NCBI GenBank assembly: GCA_017499595.2
Contig: CM039010.1
Coordinates: forward strand, 1,984,001 to 2,048,000
Direction: 5' to 3'
DNA length: 64,000 nucleotides
Source: Psilocybe cubensis
Lineage: Eukaryota
Below are positions 38,018 through 52,127 of the stretch, one piece after another; the stretch's first letter is position 1; each line of letters begins with the position of its first letter. Under the pieces are notes generated by a model, which saw only the letters and a list, made by a program, of their open reading frames with translations, did no database searches and had not been told where the DNA came from. The position numbers and the translations under genes were made by a program.

Positions 38018-38513
38018 CGGAACAAAAAAATGACGCCGAAAGAGGGAGGCAGGCTATGCTCAGGCCTCGACAGGTGCCAAACTGGGAGACTGTTCTCTAG
38101 AAAGCCGAAATTAAGCGAAATAACACTGGAAGAAAATCAGGGACGATGAGAACATGGGCGGATGGTGGTCAAGCTTTGATGATACTCAACAGGCATTCAA
38201 TGGCTTCAACAGACGTTGGTCAGGGTAAAAGAGGAGAGGAAAATGCAATGAAAAACTGGCACGATGCGGTCATGTAACATCGTCTTTTGGGTTATTCCGA
38301 GTCCGAATACTGGGACTTCGGCCCCCGTTCGGCAAGAGGGATTGAATAGGTCATTGACGGCATTTAGAATCAATTTAGCGCCGCAAAAGAGGGAGAATGG
38401 TTTGGCTTCGCACGCGGCCCGCCGAAGTTGTCATACATTGAGCAACAGGGTTTACAGTAAAGTGTACAACAGAATATCATTCACATTAATTAGCATCTCC
38501 AGGCCCCAAAAAG

Positions 38514-39933
38514 TTAAAATGAATCGTCTGGAAGCGTCGTCAAGCATATCGACGCGTCATCAACACGATTGAAATCAATGTTAGTTGATGTTGCCTCTTC
38601 CTGCGAGAACTGTCCCGCCAGGCGTGTCGAACGGAGTTTTCGCATGTTCAAAATCAAACGAGATCCCTTTGGATAACAACCTCATCAGCACAACCACTAT
38701 TGGAACTATGAAATAAAAATAAACCCACCGCTACCGACAACAAGGTAAGATACCACCTAGTAAAGAGGTAATACCAAATTATGACGGGACAGATATAAAG
38801 AATATGGGACGTACGCAAATGCTGCTTGTCTTGCCGCCACATCCCCGTGGTTGAATTCATCGTATAGAAGCATGATTCCAAGAAGAGCTATGACGGTGCA
38901 GTTTAGCATATGGTTGGAGGCATGCTTTTCAACGCACCAAATATCAAAAGAAAAGTTGCGACACCATCGCGAAGCATTAGTGAGGTCAATGGCGTCCTGT
39001 TAGCCCACCCCTTCCCCCTTCGAGCAACAAACTTCGCTAAAGTTGAAGTGAAGATCACCACTTGACAGAGACCGGCCCCAATACTGTCGAGATATAAGAT
39101 CCTCCTATAAAAATTGTAATGTAAAAAGGCAACGTACCCGTATAGCACAACCGCTTCTGTGCCGGCTGTTGGAATAGCACAACCAGTCGTCTTCCAAAAT
39201 GCCAAAATATTTATTATGACTGTGGTGCACTCCATAATCGTCGATATTATGAATACCGATACAAGTAGACGCTTCATCTTGAAGCTGCAATTATATAACG
39301 CGTACACTAGATAATGTCAAACGTTCATAGCAACTTGAATTGTTCAAATCAATTAAGCCGACCAACCTCTGATAAGCAGGATCACTTCAATTGTAGAAAG
39401 TCCTGTCTGCGATAATACAGACTGATAGATGAAGATTCCGGGGCACACTGAAAATTTAGTTGGCCGTAATAGCTCTGTATTAAAGTGGAACAGAAGAAGT
39501 TGGCTGACACTGCATACGAGATCAAGTCAAACCAAACAAGAATAAAACTTGCATAAACCACTCACATTTGGCCGATCAACAGCAAGTATCGCGAACAATA
39601 ATAAAGCCCCTTTATCAAACTCTTCCCTCCACTATGAGCTTGTAATGAGTACTAACGGATGAGCGTCAAGGACAGACGTACATACTGACCCCCATATGTA
39701 TTCCACTTCTTCCGGGAAGTACGTTATCATTTCACATATTTGCACTACCAACGCTCCAACTGGATTCCCCCATAATAAAATGACAAATCCATGAGCATAA
39801 AGACTTTGTCGAAACCGTCCAGCAAGGAGAGTATAAGGAGTTGCTTACCAGAAGCAAGACTAAACGCGTGTGTGACGAACCTGTTCCGTTCTTGGGTGAT
39901 GCCAACCACAGCGACTGGCTGTGTGGCGTCCAT
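38514..39933 (-). CDS. DUF6533-like membrane protein
   Basis: GALVVQICEMITYFPEEVEYIW; CSRY; TPLTSLMLRDG; GSRLILNMRK. Close paralogue of the 36616-38017 gene. Confidence 0.75.
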
Positions 39934-41519
39934 AGGTCGAGTCCAGAACGAAAAGACAGCGGTTATGAAAGGAGGGGCAACAACAGTATGAGGGTGCAAG
40001 AAAGAAGGGCTTAGAAACGGGTGTTGTTAGTCGATGAAACTGATGATAAAGTTTTCGGATTCAGGGCAGATTAGCATCTGAGGAGATGTCGTCCAAGCTA
40101 AAGGATCAGGGGAACAATGAAAACGGGGTAATCTGGAAATGACACAAATACACTGATGCGTAAATGTGTTGATGTAACATCTTTAAAGCGATATAAATAT
40201 ATTTGACATTTAAACTGACCCGCTGCAACCTAACATGTTTTATTCAATGGTATTTAAGTGACCGAGTACTGTGTGATTCGCAGGGAATACTTATCATAAT
40301 GTCTGAACTTTAATTATCGCAGTCCATTGCGTATGTTCATGATCTGCATAAACATTAACGCTGAAAAACTGAGTCAATCAACGTCGTTAGACACACAAAA
40401 GCGTATACATATCAAATTAATTGATGTCTTGAGGAATCCGTCCCGCCAGGCGTAACAGTTTGCATGTTGAAAACAGTATGAAAGTCCTTTAAGGGAATTG
40501 ATAAGAAAAACAGGAAGACTAAGATTGAAGAGTGACCCACTCGCTGTCGTTTTAACGTCAACGTAACTCCTGAACCAAAAAAAGTCTCAAAAGCGCTGTA
40601 GCGATATCATTTGTGTATTTGCTTTACACACTGAGAATCATCAGGAGATCGCTGTTCTATAGCGCAACGTCGCAACAGGAGGTTGGGTCCCACTCCGCCC
40701 ATGGAAGATGAACTTGGCTCACAACAAGACGAAACGTTTTATCCACACAACACATTCATCCCATTCATCGGATCAACGCTAAGCTTTCTTGGTCGACGTT
40801 TATGCTTCTGAATCCAACGTAAAAGCTTCATTTGAGCAGAATTGTGGATTGACCTGAATCAAATGGCATACTCCCAGCCTGGTCAATATATACGCTTACA
40901 TTCGTCCAACCAACCGAGTATACCATGACCAGCAGCTTGTCTCCCCTATGCGAGTTTATCCGGGGCTCTAATCAATCAATCTAGTGTGGCATATAAAGGG
41001 TGCATCACCGTTCAAAAACAGGAACTTTTCTTCCCCCTGAGTTCGACGCAACTAGGTTTCCTCTGAGGGTCTATAGCAACACTGTAACGGGTCCCTATTT
41101 TTCGGATGTAAGGCAGCAAGAAGAAAGTCTGAGTCATCCAAGGGTGGATGGAACCAAGGAAAAGCGAGAGAGTCGTTGTACCAGCTTTGAATCAACTGAG
41201 CTCACAACGGAAGAGTGTGGGCAAGGCACGCAAACTCTATTTTACGTACTTGAGTCGGAGGTATTATTAGTCGGCAGTTTCCGTCGAGACGGCCGCTTTC
41301 TGATGACCCCCTCTTTCGGATTTCAGGGTCTCCAATGTTCCAAAAAGGTTGACGAGAGTAAATCGTTTGTGGGAAGGGCTTCAGCTGCCTTAGCATGACC
41401 CATTAATCGAGTAAGTGTTGAAAGTATTGAGATTATAATCATAATGCAGCACAAATACAATTTTCTGGCGCACCAGGACACACCGATGGTCTGGAACACC
41501 CTATATGTAAATTCTACAA

Positions 41520-42907
41520 CTACACATCGGCTTCTTCACGTCGACTCACTTCATTTATTTGCAAATCGGGTTCGCTGATAACGGTTAAGACGATCGTTTC
41601 ACTGTCTTCGAGATTGTTGGCCGGACAATGCTCATTGTCAGAGCGGGCAAGCTTCCGAATTTCAAGAATAAGTCTCGACGCCTGCGTTGAGTGCCAGTTT
41701 AATGGAGATGTTAGAAGAATTAACGTCTATGCTTACTCCAATAGAGGTGATCGAATTGTACCATCTGCAAGAACGTGTGGCATAAGTAGAGCTTGGGTCA
41801 AAGGTACAAGATCATATACATACGATGCTGTGGAGTTCCCATTTCCCATGTTAACCTCGCGAAAAAAGTTGTTGACCATCATGTGAGCAACGGAAGCTAA
41901 AATACAGGATTAGGAGGCAAAGCGACTATGCAGATCGTGAAAAATATAAACAATACCAAAAACCAAAACAAAGATTGCCAACCCTTGATTCATAACCATC
42001 GTTGATAGAGGTGTTGGTGACTGTCCTGATCGGTACCTCCTAGTTAATCGGACAATCGTGGCTAAGACGAGCACAATCTGTGCAGTTCCAACGCCGGCGC
42101 TGGTACCATTTATATCGTCAGCTTTGTTATAGACAGACTTGAAGAAAGGCATAACCTAACCCGAAGAGATATATACTCAAGTGTTCCGTTCTCAGTGACC
42201 TGCATTCTTTCAAAGTCCATATTGAACGAATAAAGATGATAGTGCCAGACGTCTCTAATGACGCTGAGATGATAAATATTAGAGATAAGAACCATTTAGC
42301 TTTTTGAGTATGATTGTAAAGTGCAAAGACTTGGGTGTCATAGGTTAGTCAAAGTCACTGGCATACCGTTCAGAGCACGTACCTCTTATTATTATCACTA
42401 GCTCTAGAATTAGCAACCCCATTTGTGTGTAAATGGATTGAAAAACATATATCCCAGGGCAAAGGCTCAATCGCTGTCTTCGGCGTTGTTGGGTGTAAAA
42501 ACAAAAAGAGAGAACTTGAGTTGCTCTAGCCGGCCACTATTAATCAAAGGTTTTACTGATAAAATAATGGAACTAGCTTACACTTGTCCTAGGAGCATAA
42601 GATAGCGCGAGCAGGCGTATAGGAGCTTAACCGCCCGGATCTTTCCTCTGCCTTCATGTTAATGGAGCAACAGATGAGAAAGGAGTGCTGCGTCAAACCT
42701 CCAGAGATATTCTACTTCGTCACCGAAACAGATAATTGCCTCCCAGATCTGAGCAGACAGCGCCGCAACTGCCATTTGGGACGTTAATATTCCGTCCTAC
42801 AAGAAGTAGCCAGTGCACTCACTGGAAGCAAAGCTAACCGGATCGGCCACATCGACTACATCATTGGTTTGGTCGGCAACGTAGTGCCTCTTCATTAGAT
42901 TTTCCAT
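41520..42907 (-). CDS. DUF6533-like membrane protein
   Basis: AALSAQIWEAIICFGDEVEYLW; CSRY; TPLSTMVMNQG; ASRLILEIRK. Confidence 0.72.
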
Positions 42908-44046
42908 CGATATTTTTGCCGAGTACCTCACAAGGACTGTTTGGACACGTAGTGAAGTCTTCGGGTTCGCTTTTAAATGACGAGTCAGGGTCAACAGGGA
43001 GTTCCAGAGTCATCACCGTTGATGCAAGTCTGCGGAGGTTACGGCCAGTTTGTCGGACCGCCGAAAAAAACCTTGCTTGATTTCGTCATTTTAAAGTTCT
43101 TTCCAAATTGTCGGGGTAATAAGTATCGAGTGAAGCGTAGTGACGTCTGCCCGAATTCCCATCTAGAGTAGTGGAGAGACTTTGAGAGATAGGCCTAGAT
43201 CTATTCATTATATCCGACCCACTGGCAACACTACCACTCAGAGTCAAACACAAAGGCCAAAGGAATATTCTGATCCCGAATTGCTCAACACCGCCGCTCA
43301 TCAAATTTATCAGCATATACATATAAAACAAGTCAAATGTACGCCGTAATAATGCAAAAAATCGTCACACATTATAACTTTAAGCAGTTTTCGGTTTCGT
43401 ACCCTATACTTTTAAACAACTTCTAAAGAAATGTCGGTTGACAGGGGTTGAACGTTGAACGTTGACGTTGATCAGTTGAATTGCTTTGCCAAGTGCCAAG
43501 ACCAGCTAAAAATAGACCAACCTCCCACGTGAGATTCGAAGACTTTCGTCGTCTATATTTGGTAGAAGGCCATAAGCGCCGATTGCATATTGAACGATTG
43601 CCGCCATCATGAGAAATGTTCTCATCGCAGTGTCTCCTAATGTAACGCAGGGCACCCAGCTAAGTGTTAGTCAATTACGCACATAGAGACACGAATCTAT
43701 GGCAATGCCATACGATGTTCGGAACACTTTAGCAGTACCTTAGCATGGAAGATGGAAGGGGAATAGGGAAAGGTACTGTATATCGTAATATCTCATAACA
43801 AAAAATTTTGCTAATATCCGAACTCTTCGCTCTGAGTCGCATACAATATGAATCAGAGCGAAGGAAACTATGAAGATACACGAATTTTATACTACATTGA
43901 TAACAAGTTACAGGAGCATAATCAAAACTATTGATACATACAGGTAGGCATGCGTGTGTCGTTAGATATAAGATCTAGAAATAAGTGTCGCTACGTAACA
44001 TGACATACGTGGTGTAGTTAAGTGCATCGGACAAAGCCATCTGAGG

Positions 44047-45470
44047 TTATTTGTCCGAAATGTCACAGCTGGTGCTTGGGCTGTTCACAGAGCGGTACAG
44101 CGATGGCGCAGCCATATAGTGGGAGGTCGTTGATGTAAGTGCCGTCATCCAGGCTGTAGTGTTGCCATTCCGATAATTAGAATCGCTCAGTGTAGTGAGG
44201 TGCAAATTTCCAGTCTCCGAGTCTCTGGCGAAGTTATGCTCAGAATTTTCTGAGGAGGGTAGTTTCCACATCTCGAGAATAAGGCGGGAGGTCTTGATAT
44301 GACTATAAGCGGGGACAGAAAGAAAGCCAAAAAAAATACTCACTCCGACAGAAATCAAAGTGTAGTACCATCTGTTGATAACCATGTTAAGAGCTGAACA
44401 TAAAGGGTGCTTAATCAAGGTAGAAGACGCACGATATCATTGCCTCACCCATGCTCTCATCCAAATAGCTAAAGAAATTGTAAACCATTAAAACTGCTAT
44501 GAGAGCTGCAAATTTTTATGTTAGATAAATACGAAATAAAGGGATAATTCAGGCGTAGGCGTACTGAGGACAAGAAAGCAGCTTGCGACTCCCTGTTGCA
44601 ACACCATGTTTGTGAGAGGTGACCGCACCCTTCTCTGACGCTGCTTTGAAGCTAGTTCTAGGAGTGTCGCGACTACAAGAACAATTTGGGCTAAACCCAC
44701 TCCAGTCCTGACGGCAATGATGCTTGAGCATTTGGCAAAGAAACTAAGAAAGTTGCCATACCCGAAGAAATACACGCTTTTGTCGTCCGCTCTCAAAAGA
44801 CCACACCCAGACATTGTCGACATAGACTGAATGAATAAAGCAGTTCCACATATCTCGAGTGTAAAGGAGACAAGAAAAGCGACAAAAAGAAACCATTTTG
44901 CTTGCGCGATGTGATGGTAGAGCGCATATACTGCATTTGTCATTCAATTGTGTCAATGTTCCTTATTTCAAAAGGCGTACCTCTGAGAAAGAGTACAATT
45001 TCCAAAAGCACCAGCCCTACTTGCGTAAGAGACGATTTAAAAATGAACATGCCAGGACATATATTTTGGTTTGGGGTGTCTCCTTGAGTGTGGAAAAGAA
45101 GTAAAAGAACTTCATTGGCGCTAAATACAGCAAATAAGGCTATTTGTTCTGAAAGGGTAGAACGTCTGACTCACATCTGGCCCAACAGCAAGAGGTAACG
45201 CGAGCAAAAATATATCAACTTCACAAATCTAAACCTCCCTCTGTAACTCTTAATAGCATGAGATTAGATGAAGCACATATACAGGGAGCAGCACGAACCT
45301 CCACAGATACTCCACCTCATCACCAAAGCAAATCATTGTATCCCAGAACTGAGCAGCCAACGCTGCAACTGATAAGTAGAAGCGTGCACGGTTAGTGGCA
45401 TGGACACAAACAAACGGTGTTACAATCACTCACCAGAGGCCAAACTGACTGGATTCGTCATGGGGTGCAT
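44047..45470 (-). CDS. DUF6533-like membrane protein
   Basis: AALAAQFWDTMICFGDEVEYLW; CSRY; SPLTNMVLQQG; TSRLILEMWK. Confidence 0.72.
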
Positions 45471-46664
45471 TCTGTGTTGCCAACTAACCTCGTTCAAACC
45501 AAGAAAGAGTAGAAATTTGGCGCTCTCGTGAGTCCCCGCCGTCGGTTTTATGACGATCGCCGCATGCCATCAAGAACCTAGTGCTGTCGAAACTGATCCC
45601 TATGTCTTCTGTGTCACAGTATTCCCCTCGGCGCAATGATCGGGTACTAGGTGCAATGATGTTATATAATTATAAGGACTACAGTTTATGTCACTGAGGT
45701 CCGCTCCCGGGTATGGCATTCATCGAGCATGAGTTTGATGTCAACGGGTTTGTCGTGTTTTATTTTTTGAAAAAATTCAGACCATTGAGACCTTGGGGAC
45801 AGTATTCTATAGTGTTGAGAGGTCAAGAATTTTGTTGGCCACTGTTCGACGTCAGCGGTGTCTGACTATGCCAGCCACTAGCTGTGTTTAGAGTGCTTGC
45901 CCTAAACTACTGACGGTAGGGACAAGCGGACTTGGCGTTCTATAATTAGACTAGACCTCCTAGTCGACCTGGGGCGTGCTAGTGTTGCCTAATTTAACAC
46001 AACCCTCCATGCTCAAAACCTGCCTGGTCAGCCCAGCTGAGCGCATATGGTCTTCAATCTGTTTCCTCTACCACCAGAAGCCAGCTTCCTCGATACTTGT
46101 CATGTCTGTTGAATCATTCGCAATATCAGTAGTTATTTACAGCGAGAGTTCTGGCTTCGGAGAACGATGACAATTCGATAAAAGGCCTCGAGAGAGTCAC
46201 GTAGAGTGCAATACGTATCTCAATTTCCCCCGCGGAGTCGTTCCACGCCAAATTTTATTCTGTACGTTAATATTCTACTCTCGTTAATCTGTGGCTGAAT
46301 ATCTATGGTGACCCACTGTCGACGCGACACTGACTCCACGTTGCATCATACTTAGTATCTGACTGAGGATTTTTTTAGATCCTCATATAATAATGTTGTC
46401 AGATTTGAACCCAGGTAAGTATATTTCCACGTCTTAGATGAAGAGGGCATTATTCAAACGATGTCCGTGATTCGCTTGACACAGAATCGGGTCCCCTCGC
46501 CGGGCGATGCAGTAAGCAAATGACTTTTGTTCTTGATATCTTCAGGGGTCTGACTATCTGAGAAGAATCTTCGGCTTCAACAAGGAATATAGGCAATTCG
46601 CGAATCAACTGTGAGTGAATTCAGTGTACACTACGACGCAGCGTGTTCTGATTGTTTCTTTTCA

Positions 46665-47361
46665 GACGAACTCCCTGGTACTGTTGTGTCTCTTCGTGAC
46701 GGTTGGCAATGGACATGTCAGAGTGGTGCTGTCGTCGTACGCTCGTCATAATCTCGAGCTAACACAATGGCTGAGCAATCCTTTTCACATCAGTCGGGCC
46801 TTCTTGCAGCAGTGGCAGGGCAATTCCTCGGCTTAGTTCGCTCAGTCGCTGCAGACAATGCATCATTTGAAACGCAGTCCTTTCTCCTAACAATGTGCTA
46901 TGCTGCAATCCTGTTCAATATCAGTGCCACAATAGGTTCATTCATTATAATGGACAACCTCGGTGAAATGGGGTTCCGTGCGTCGTGCAAGGCGACCGAG
47001 TTGGACGAGGTCTCCGACATGGGCCTGGGGACATTTATGACGAGCCAGGACGGGTTACTGATCAAGTTCGGCGCGAGTCCGGAGTGGAAATGGATGTTAT
47101 ACCACTGTAAGCTATATTCTTCTGTGTTGCATCTGCCATTATTGATCATCTTTGCTGATTCGGATGGCGCGGCGGCTGAACATGAATTGGACAGGGCTTT
47201 CCTCCTTTTACCTCGGAATTATATGCCTCGTTATCGCAGTTCTAAGCTATGTACTTGTCCAAGATGCGCTCGTGGTTAAAGTCATCACGTCCTTGATCGT
47301 CGGACTCACCGTTCTTCCATCAGCGTATTTTATATTTGTTCGCCCTTTTGTCCATTATTAG
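46665..47361 (+). CDS. Hypothetical multi-pass membrane protein (5' exons unresolved, probably from about 46.1-46.4 kb)
   Basis: Spliceable exons ...RDGWQWTCQSGAVV|SGLLAAVAGQFL...CYAAILFNISATIGSFII...LGIICLVIAVLSYV; about 4 hydrophobic helices. Confidence 0.6.
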
Positions 47362-47481
47362 GGGAATACAACGTCGGGACGCGCTTTTACATTTAGTTTC
47401 TTGATTGTTTATCTTAGGATAGAATAGGCACATTTATATTCTCCGATCATGCTTCAGTGTTATATGGCCTTTGTGCGGCGC

Positions 47482-49127
47482 TCATGCCTCCAATCCAGCA
47501 TAGAGAGTTTCCTCCAACTGCCCAAATAACTTAATAACTTCCGGATCGCGACTCGGCGCAAGTTGTGTTCCAAAAACGACTGAAATGCCAGTATCCGGGT
47601 CAATGAAGAAATACGATCCCGCCCAACCTGACCCTATTTTATTATTGATACATTGATTAGAATTGTGCATACTGCTTAGTCGCCCTTGGAAGACTCACAG
47701 AATGCTGTACCCCGTTTACGGCGCTTAGGCCAGTCAAGAGAGCAGACCGCAAGTCCTACACTCCATTGACCTCCGGGAAAGATTCTAGTGAAGAGATCCA
47801 GACTCTTCGAACCGGCTTCAGTCAAAGTAGGTACGAAGAGCTCTTTTGCAGTTTCTTGACTGATGATGCCTGTAGAGATTTTTCCATCTGTATTTGTTAT
47901 ATAAGATTAAACACATCCAAAAGAGAAAACGATGTCCAACCGCGTAGTTGATGAATGTGGCGGAGAAGTGTCAAATAGTCTCTAAAAGAGCAGTAGATCC
48001 CAACTCCACCCATGAAAAGGGTGACTATTTATCATTTTCAACGCTTCGTAAAGGTAGAACAAGACGAAGGTGTACTTACCGTTCTGTGGATCCCGCTCAA
48101 TAAGCTTAAGTTGGTTATTCCAGGGCACGAGAGTTCCGTCAGCCTCGCGATATGACATTGTAATTTCCTTCTCAATGATTTTGGGGGTGCGAAAGAACGA
48201 CGAGCCCATTCCCAGAGGTCCAAAGATAGTCTCTTGACTGTGGAAGAATTTGTTAGCCGAATTAAAAAATTGGAAAGGCTACCCGACATACAGGTGCTCT
48301 TCCATAGTTTTTCCTACAATTTTTTCAACGATGAAGCCGAGAACGTCAGCGCTGTATCCGTATGCAACTGTGCCCGTGCATTTAATGATTAGTACAACTC
48401 GAATGTCAGGGAACAACTCACAGTCAGTTCCAGGCTCAAATTTAATGGGAATTCCGGGGTAGTCTCCCTATATTGCAAAGGCAATGTGCGTCTGGAATTC
48501 GCGATAGTCGTGGATACTTCCGTACCTTCAAAAGCCTGAAGAATTCTGCAAATGGATCCTCAGCATCCTTGTAGCTATTCGTATAAGCAGGTGGAAGGTT
48601 TCTAGTTGGGTCAGGGAATGGCGGATAGAATAATCCACTGGAGAAGTTCAGCAAATGTTTTACGAGGATGGGGCTACTCGCTGGCCTGAAAGAAGGGGAT
48701 GGTGACAGAATATCATCCAAAATGACGGGTGTCGCAAATTCCGGGAAGAAATCCGAGACTGGGGTCTCTTTCCCTAGCTTTTCTTGTTCGATAAGTCTGA
48801 GAGCTGCGAGCTACGAGGGTCAGATAGTTGAGATCTACAAGGGTGCGTTATACTCACATGTACAATAAACTTGGTTTGGCTGCAAATCCAGTAAACGCTA
48901 TCTGGCGTTATCTCTCCGCTATTTGGATCATCGATTACTTTGAATCCCGTGGCGTTGAAGTATATTTCCCCATCTAAATTAGATGCTCCAAAGACGAAAC
49001 CAGGAATTTTCTTCTCCTGGGACGCTCGAGCCTGGCAACCTATGATCAGCTTGAGATCGAGGAATAGAGAAGAACATACAAAAAGGTTGTCCAAGGCCTG
49101 TTTCCCAGATTCCGTTAATTTGGCCAT
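47482..49127 (-). CDS. Beta-lactamase-fold protein, copy D
   Basis: MAKLTESGKQALD; YWICSQTK; HLLNFSSGL; AYGYSAD; GWAGSYFFIDPDTG. Confidence 0.87.
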
Positions 49128-49603
49128 CGCGATCTTAGTTTGTAGGAAACAGGAGTTTTGTGTGTTCGATGGCAATAAGTGGTGTTCTTATATACGCCAC
49201 TGCTACCCTCGGTTGCCACTAGCTTCCACTAGGTGTGAATCTGTCAGGGAACATGACCGGATGACCAAAGGAAATTCAGAGGGACATAAAGATAGACTGA
49301 GGACAACATGACCTTGTAGTCAGCAAGAGAGTGCTATTTTATCCAACACCTGTTTTCCAATGAATACCACGCTATAAATAGGGGCTTCGTAATGAGAGCG
49401 TGACTCTGTGACTGACGCGTCTTTGTCTCACGTGACTGCTTTGCTTTGCATGGAACGAATTCGAAAGTTTGTATCGAATGCACTCACCTTACGCTTAGCG
49501 TTCACCGGTCACCCATTGCAGCGATTCTTCTCTTGTAAGCTGTTTAGCTATTTAAAACAAAATGGAATAAAATTTCACGTTATAAATTTCTCATTGCAGA
49601 AAA

Positions 49604-51532
49604 ATGAAATCAGCTGTCCCAAAAATTGTCATCCGACCACGAGCATCTTCGGCACGCAATGCAGCTACGCCTTCAGCTGCTGCTACACCAACGAGCGAAG
49701 CAGGCTCCGCCCATGAAGAAGATGGGGAAGATGTAGAACACGACGAATCCAACGCAATGGATGTCGACCAGGAGAATCTGGACGACGATGCAGGCTCAGG
49801 GTCTGAAGACCAAGCCGAAAATGATAGTGTCTCAGGTCGTGCCGCTACCCGACCAAGAGGCAGGCCGAAAGGGAAAGGGAAGGCCGTTAGCAGTGGAACA
49901 AGTACTCCTCGTGCCCGTGGTCGAGGTAGGGGTCGTGGTCGAGGCAGAGGACGAGGCGGAAATTCTCTACTTATCAGGCTACCAAAACGGAACGATGACG
50001 ACACCGACGCGGATGAAGGAGAGGATGCGGACGTCGAGGGAGCTGATGCAGTTGATGATAACGACGCTGAGAAGGAAGCACCTATCGGGGGAGGGAAACC
50101 ATTCCGAAAGATTCACGGAGAGGTCTATGTTATCGACGGGGATGAATTCATAACGCCAGATAATCCAAAGGGAGACGAAAAGATTGACAAGTTTGGAAAC
50201 CTTCTTGGAGGTATGTATTCTTGATGTTTGTACGTACTCTTATATCTGACTCTTGAGCTTCAGGTCGTCGATTTAAAGCAGCTACATTCATTCTTCCCAA
50301 TCGGCATCCACAGAGAATGTATATGCTTGCCATTGATGCTGCTCGCACATCTGGCTTCAGGGACTCACTATACTACTTCCGTCGCAACCCCCTTGCCTTT
50401 AAGCTCAATGCCACGCAACCAGAAAAGGACTACCTCATCGCTGAAGGAAAGCTGGGATCACATCTCCGTACAAGAAGTGTCACCCTCGTTACAGCAAGAA
50501 GTGCATTCAAACTACACGGAAGTAAAATGGTCATCGGTAGGTTTTCAACTTGGTGTATTTGATTACAAACTGTTTGATAACTTTTCTAGACGGTAGATGG
50601 GTAACGGACGACTACGACGAAGAAAAGGTTCTAGAAGAGCTCGCCGAACGGGGTGCAAAACCCGGAGACCTCGTAGGAGAGCTTCCAGATCCCAACGCAG
50701 GGCACCACAACAATGAACTGTCTGCCTTGAACGCCAGTGCAACAGGTGCATCCAGCAACAAAAACGAACGTGGCGGTGGCGGTGGCGGCATCTACCGTGC
50801 TGGCGGGCCAACCACCTTGTTTGGCGGAAGTGGATGGGGTCCGTACAGTGATGGACCGTTGAACGCTGTCCGGAAGAGTCTACTATCACGCGACGGCGTG
50901 GACGAAGAAAACTGGATGCTAATGATGGCCAAACGGGTTTCCGAAGCAAACGAAGACTGGACAAAGCAGAGGAAAGAGAACCTGAAAGTTGTCGAGGGTG
51001 TAGATGGGTTGGTAATGGGAGGTGCATTGCTACCTCCTTCCGGTCCCACTCAACTTCCAGATGTCTCCAAAAAATGGAAAGAAGAGGAGGAAGACGGAGA
51101 CGAGACAGGAGAAACAAATGATGGGAATGTAACTATCACGGATGCTGCGATGCCTAATTCAAAGAAGCGGAAAGTGATGTTCGAGGATAACACACCTGTT
51201 GTTGGTGTGTATGAGCCTCATGGAAACCTTATACATTGTAAGTTTGTTTGAATCTGCGTATATGTATCATTAAACTAAATATTGTTCAAATAGACCGTTC
51301 CGATACCCAACCGACTAGGTGTCGGTGGGAAGCTCTGCCTGACTCAGCCACCAAACGACGCGTAATTGGGGGTACCAAAGTGGGCAATGGCGCATGGGCA
51401 CTGGCATGGGTGGATACCGTGATGGAGTTCCCAGATCCTTCGTCAGAACTCACTACACCTGAAGCGCAATATCGGGAGAAATTGATAAAGGAGGTAGAGG
51501 CATCCGGAGAGATGCCAATAGATCTCACGTAA
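49604..51532 (+). CDS. RSC7: Chromatin-remodelling complex subunit, Rsc7/Swp82/Npl6 family
   Basis: PKGDEKIDKFGNLLGG|RRFKAATF...YMLAIDAARTSGFRDSLYYF...VTARSAFKLHG; AT-hook-like RPRGRPK; RG repeats. Confidence 0.85.
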
Positions 51533-52127
51533 TTCCTTTGGTGTCGTCGTTGTTATTCTGTTCATTTCTGTATTTTTATGAGGCTAATGATTTTAAATGT
51601 TGGAAGTCCGGACCATTAAAAATCAACTGCCGTCGAGCCTAACAATTCATATATCTTTGGCCATTTCTCCCTTGCATTTTTCGTATGCATGATCTTTGGA
51701 GGAACCTTACACTTCGAATTTGTATTATGAGGTCACAAGGGTTCCGAAAAAATGTGCCGCAAACCATGGAGGAATGGTATCAGTTGTAGGAAGCTGTACT
51801 AGGGTAAAGCCTTTCATTTCGACAGGTAGTGGTACATATCACCTAGATGTCGATTCTATCAATGTTTTGTATCACCAACTGACAGTCATTTAGGTCTCGG
51901 TTATCCATTCAGCGGAACCGATGCGAGTACTTTCCATTTTAAAGTACTGACTCGCTTTCGTTCCGCCAGTTTAAACCCATCACTGTTAATAAGCTAATAC
52001 GAAGCTTCAAGAGTACGAAAATAGCTGTATCGGTAATTGCATCCGGTGTGGGATATAAAGACGCAAGGGCTTCTCAATTTATGCACGTTCATCAAGCTTT
52101 ATACCCCTACTATTATCAGCATACAAG

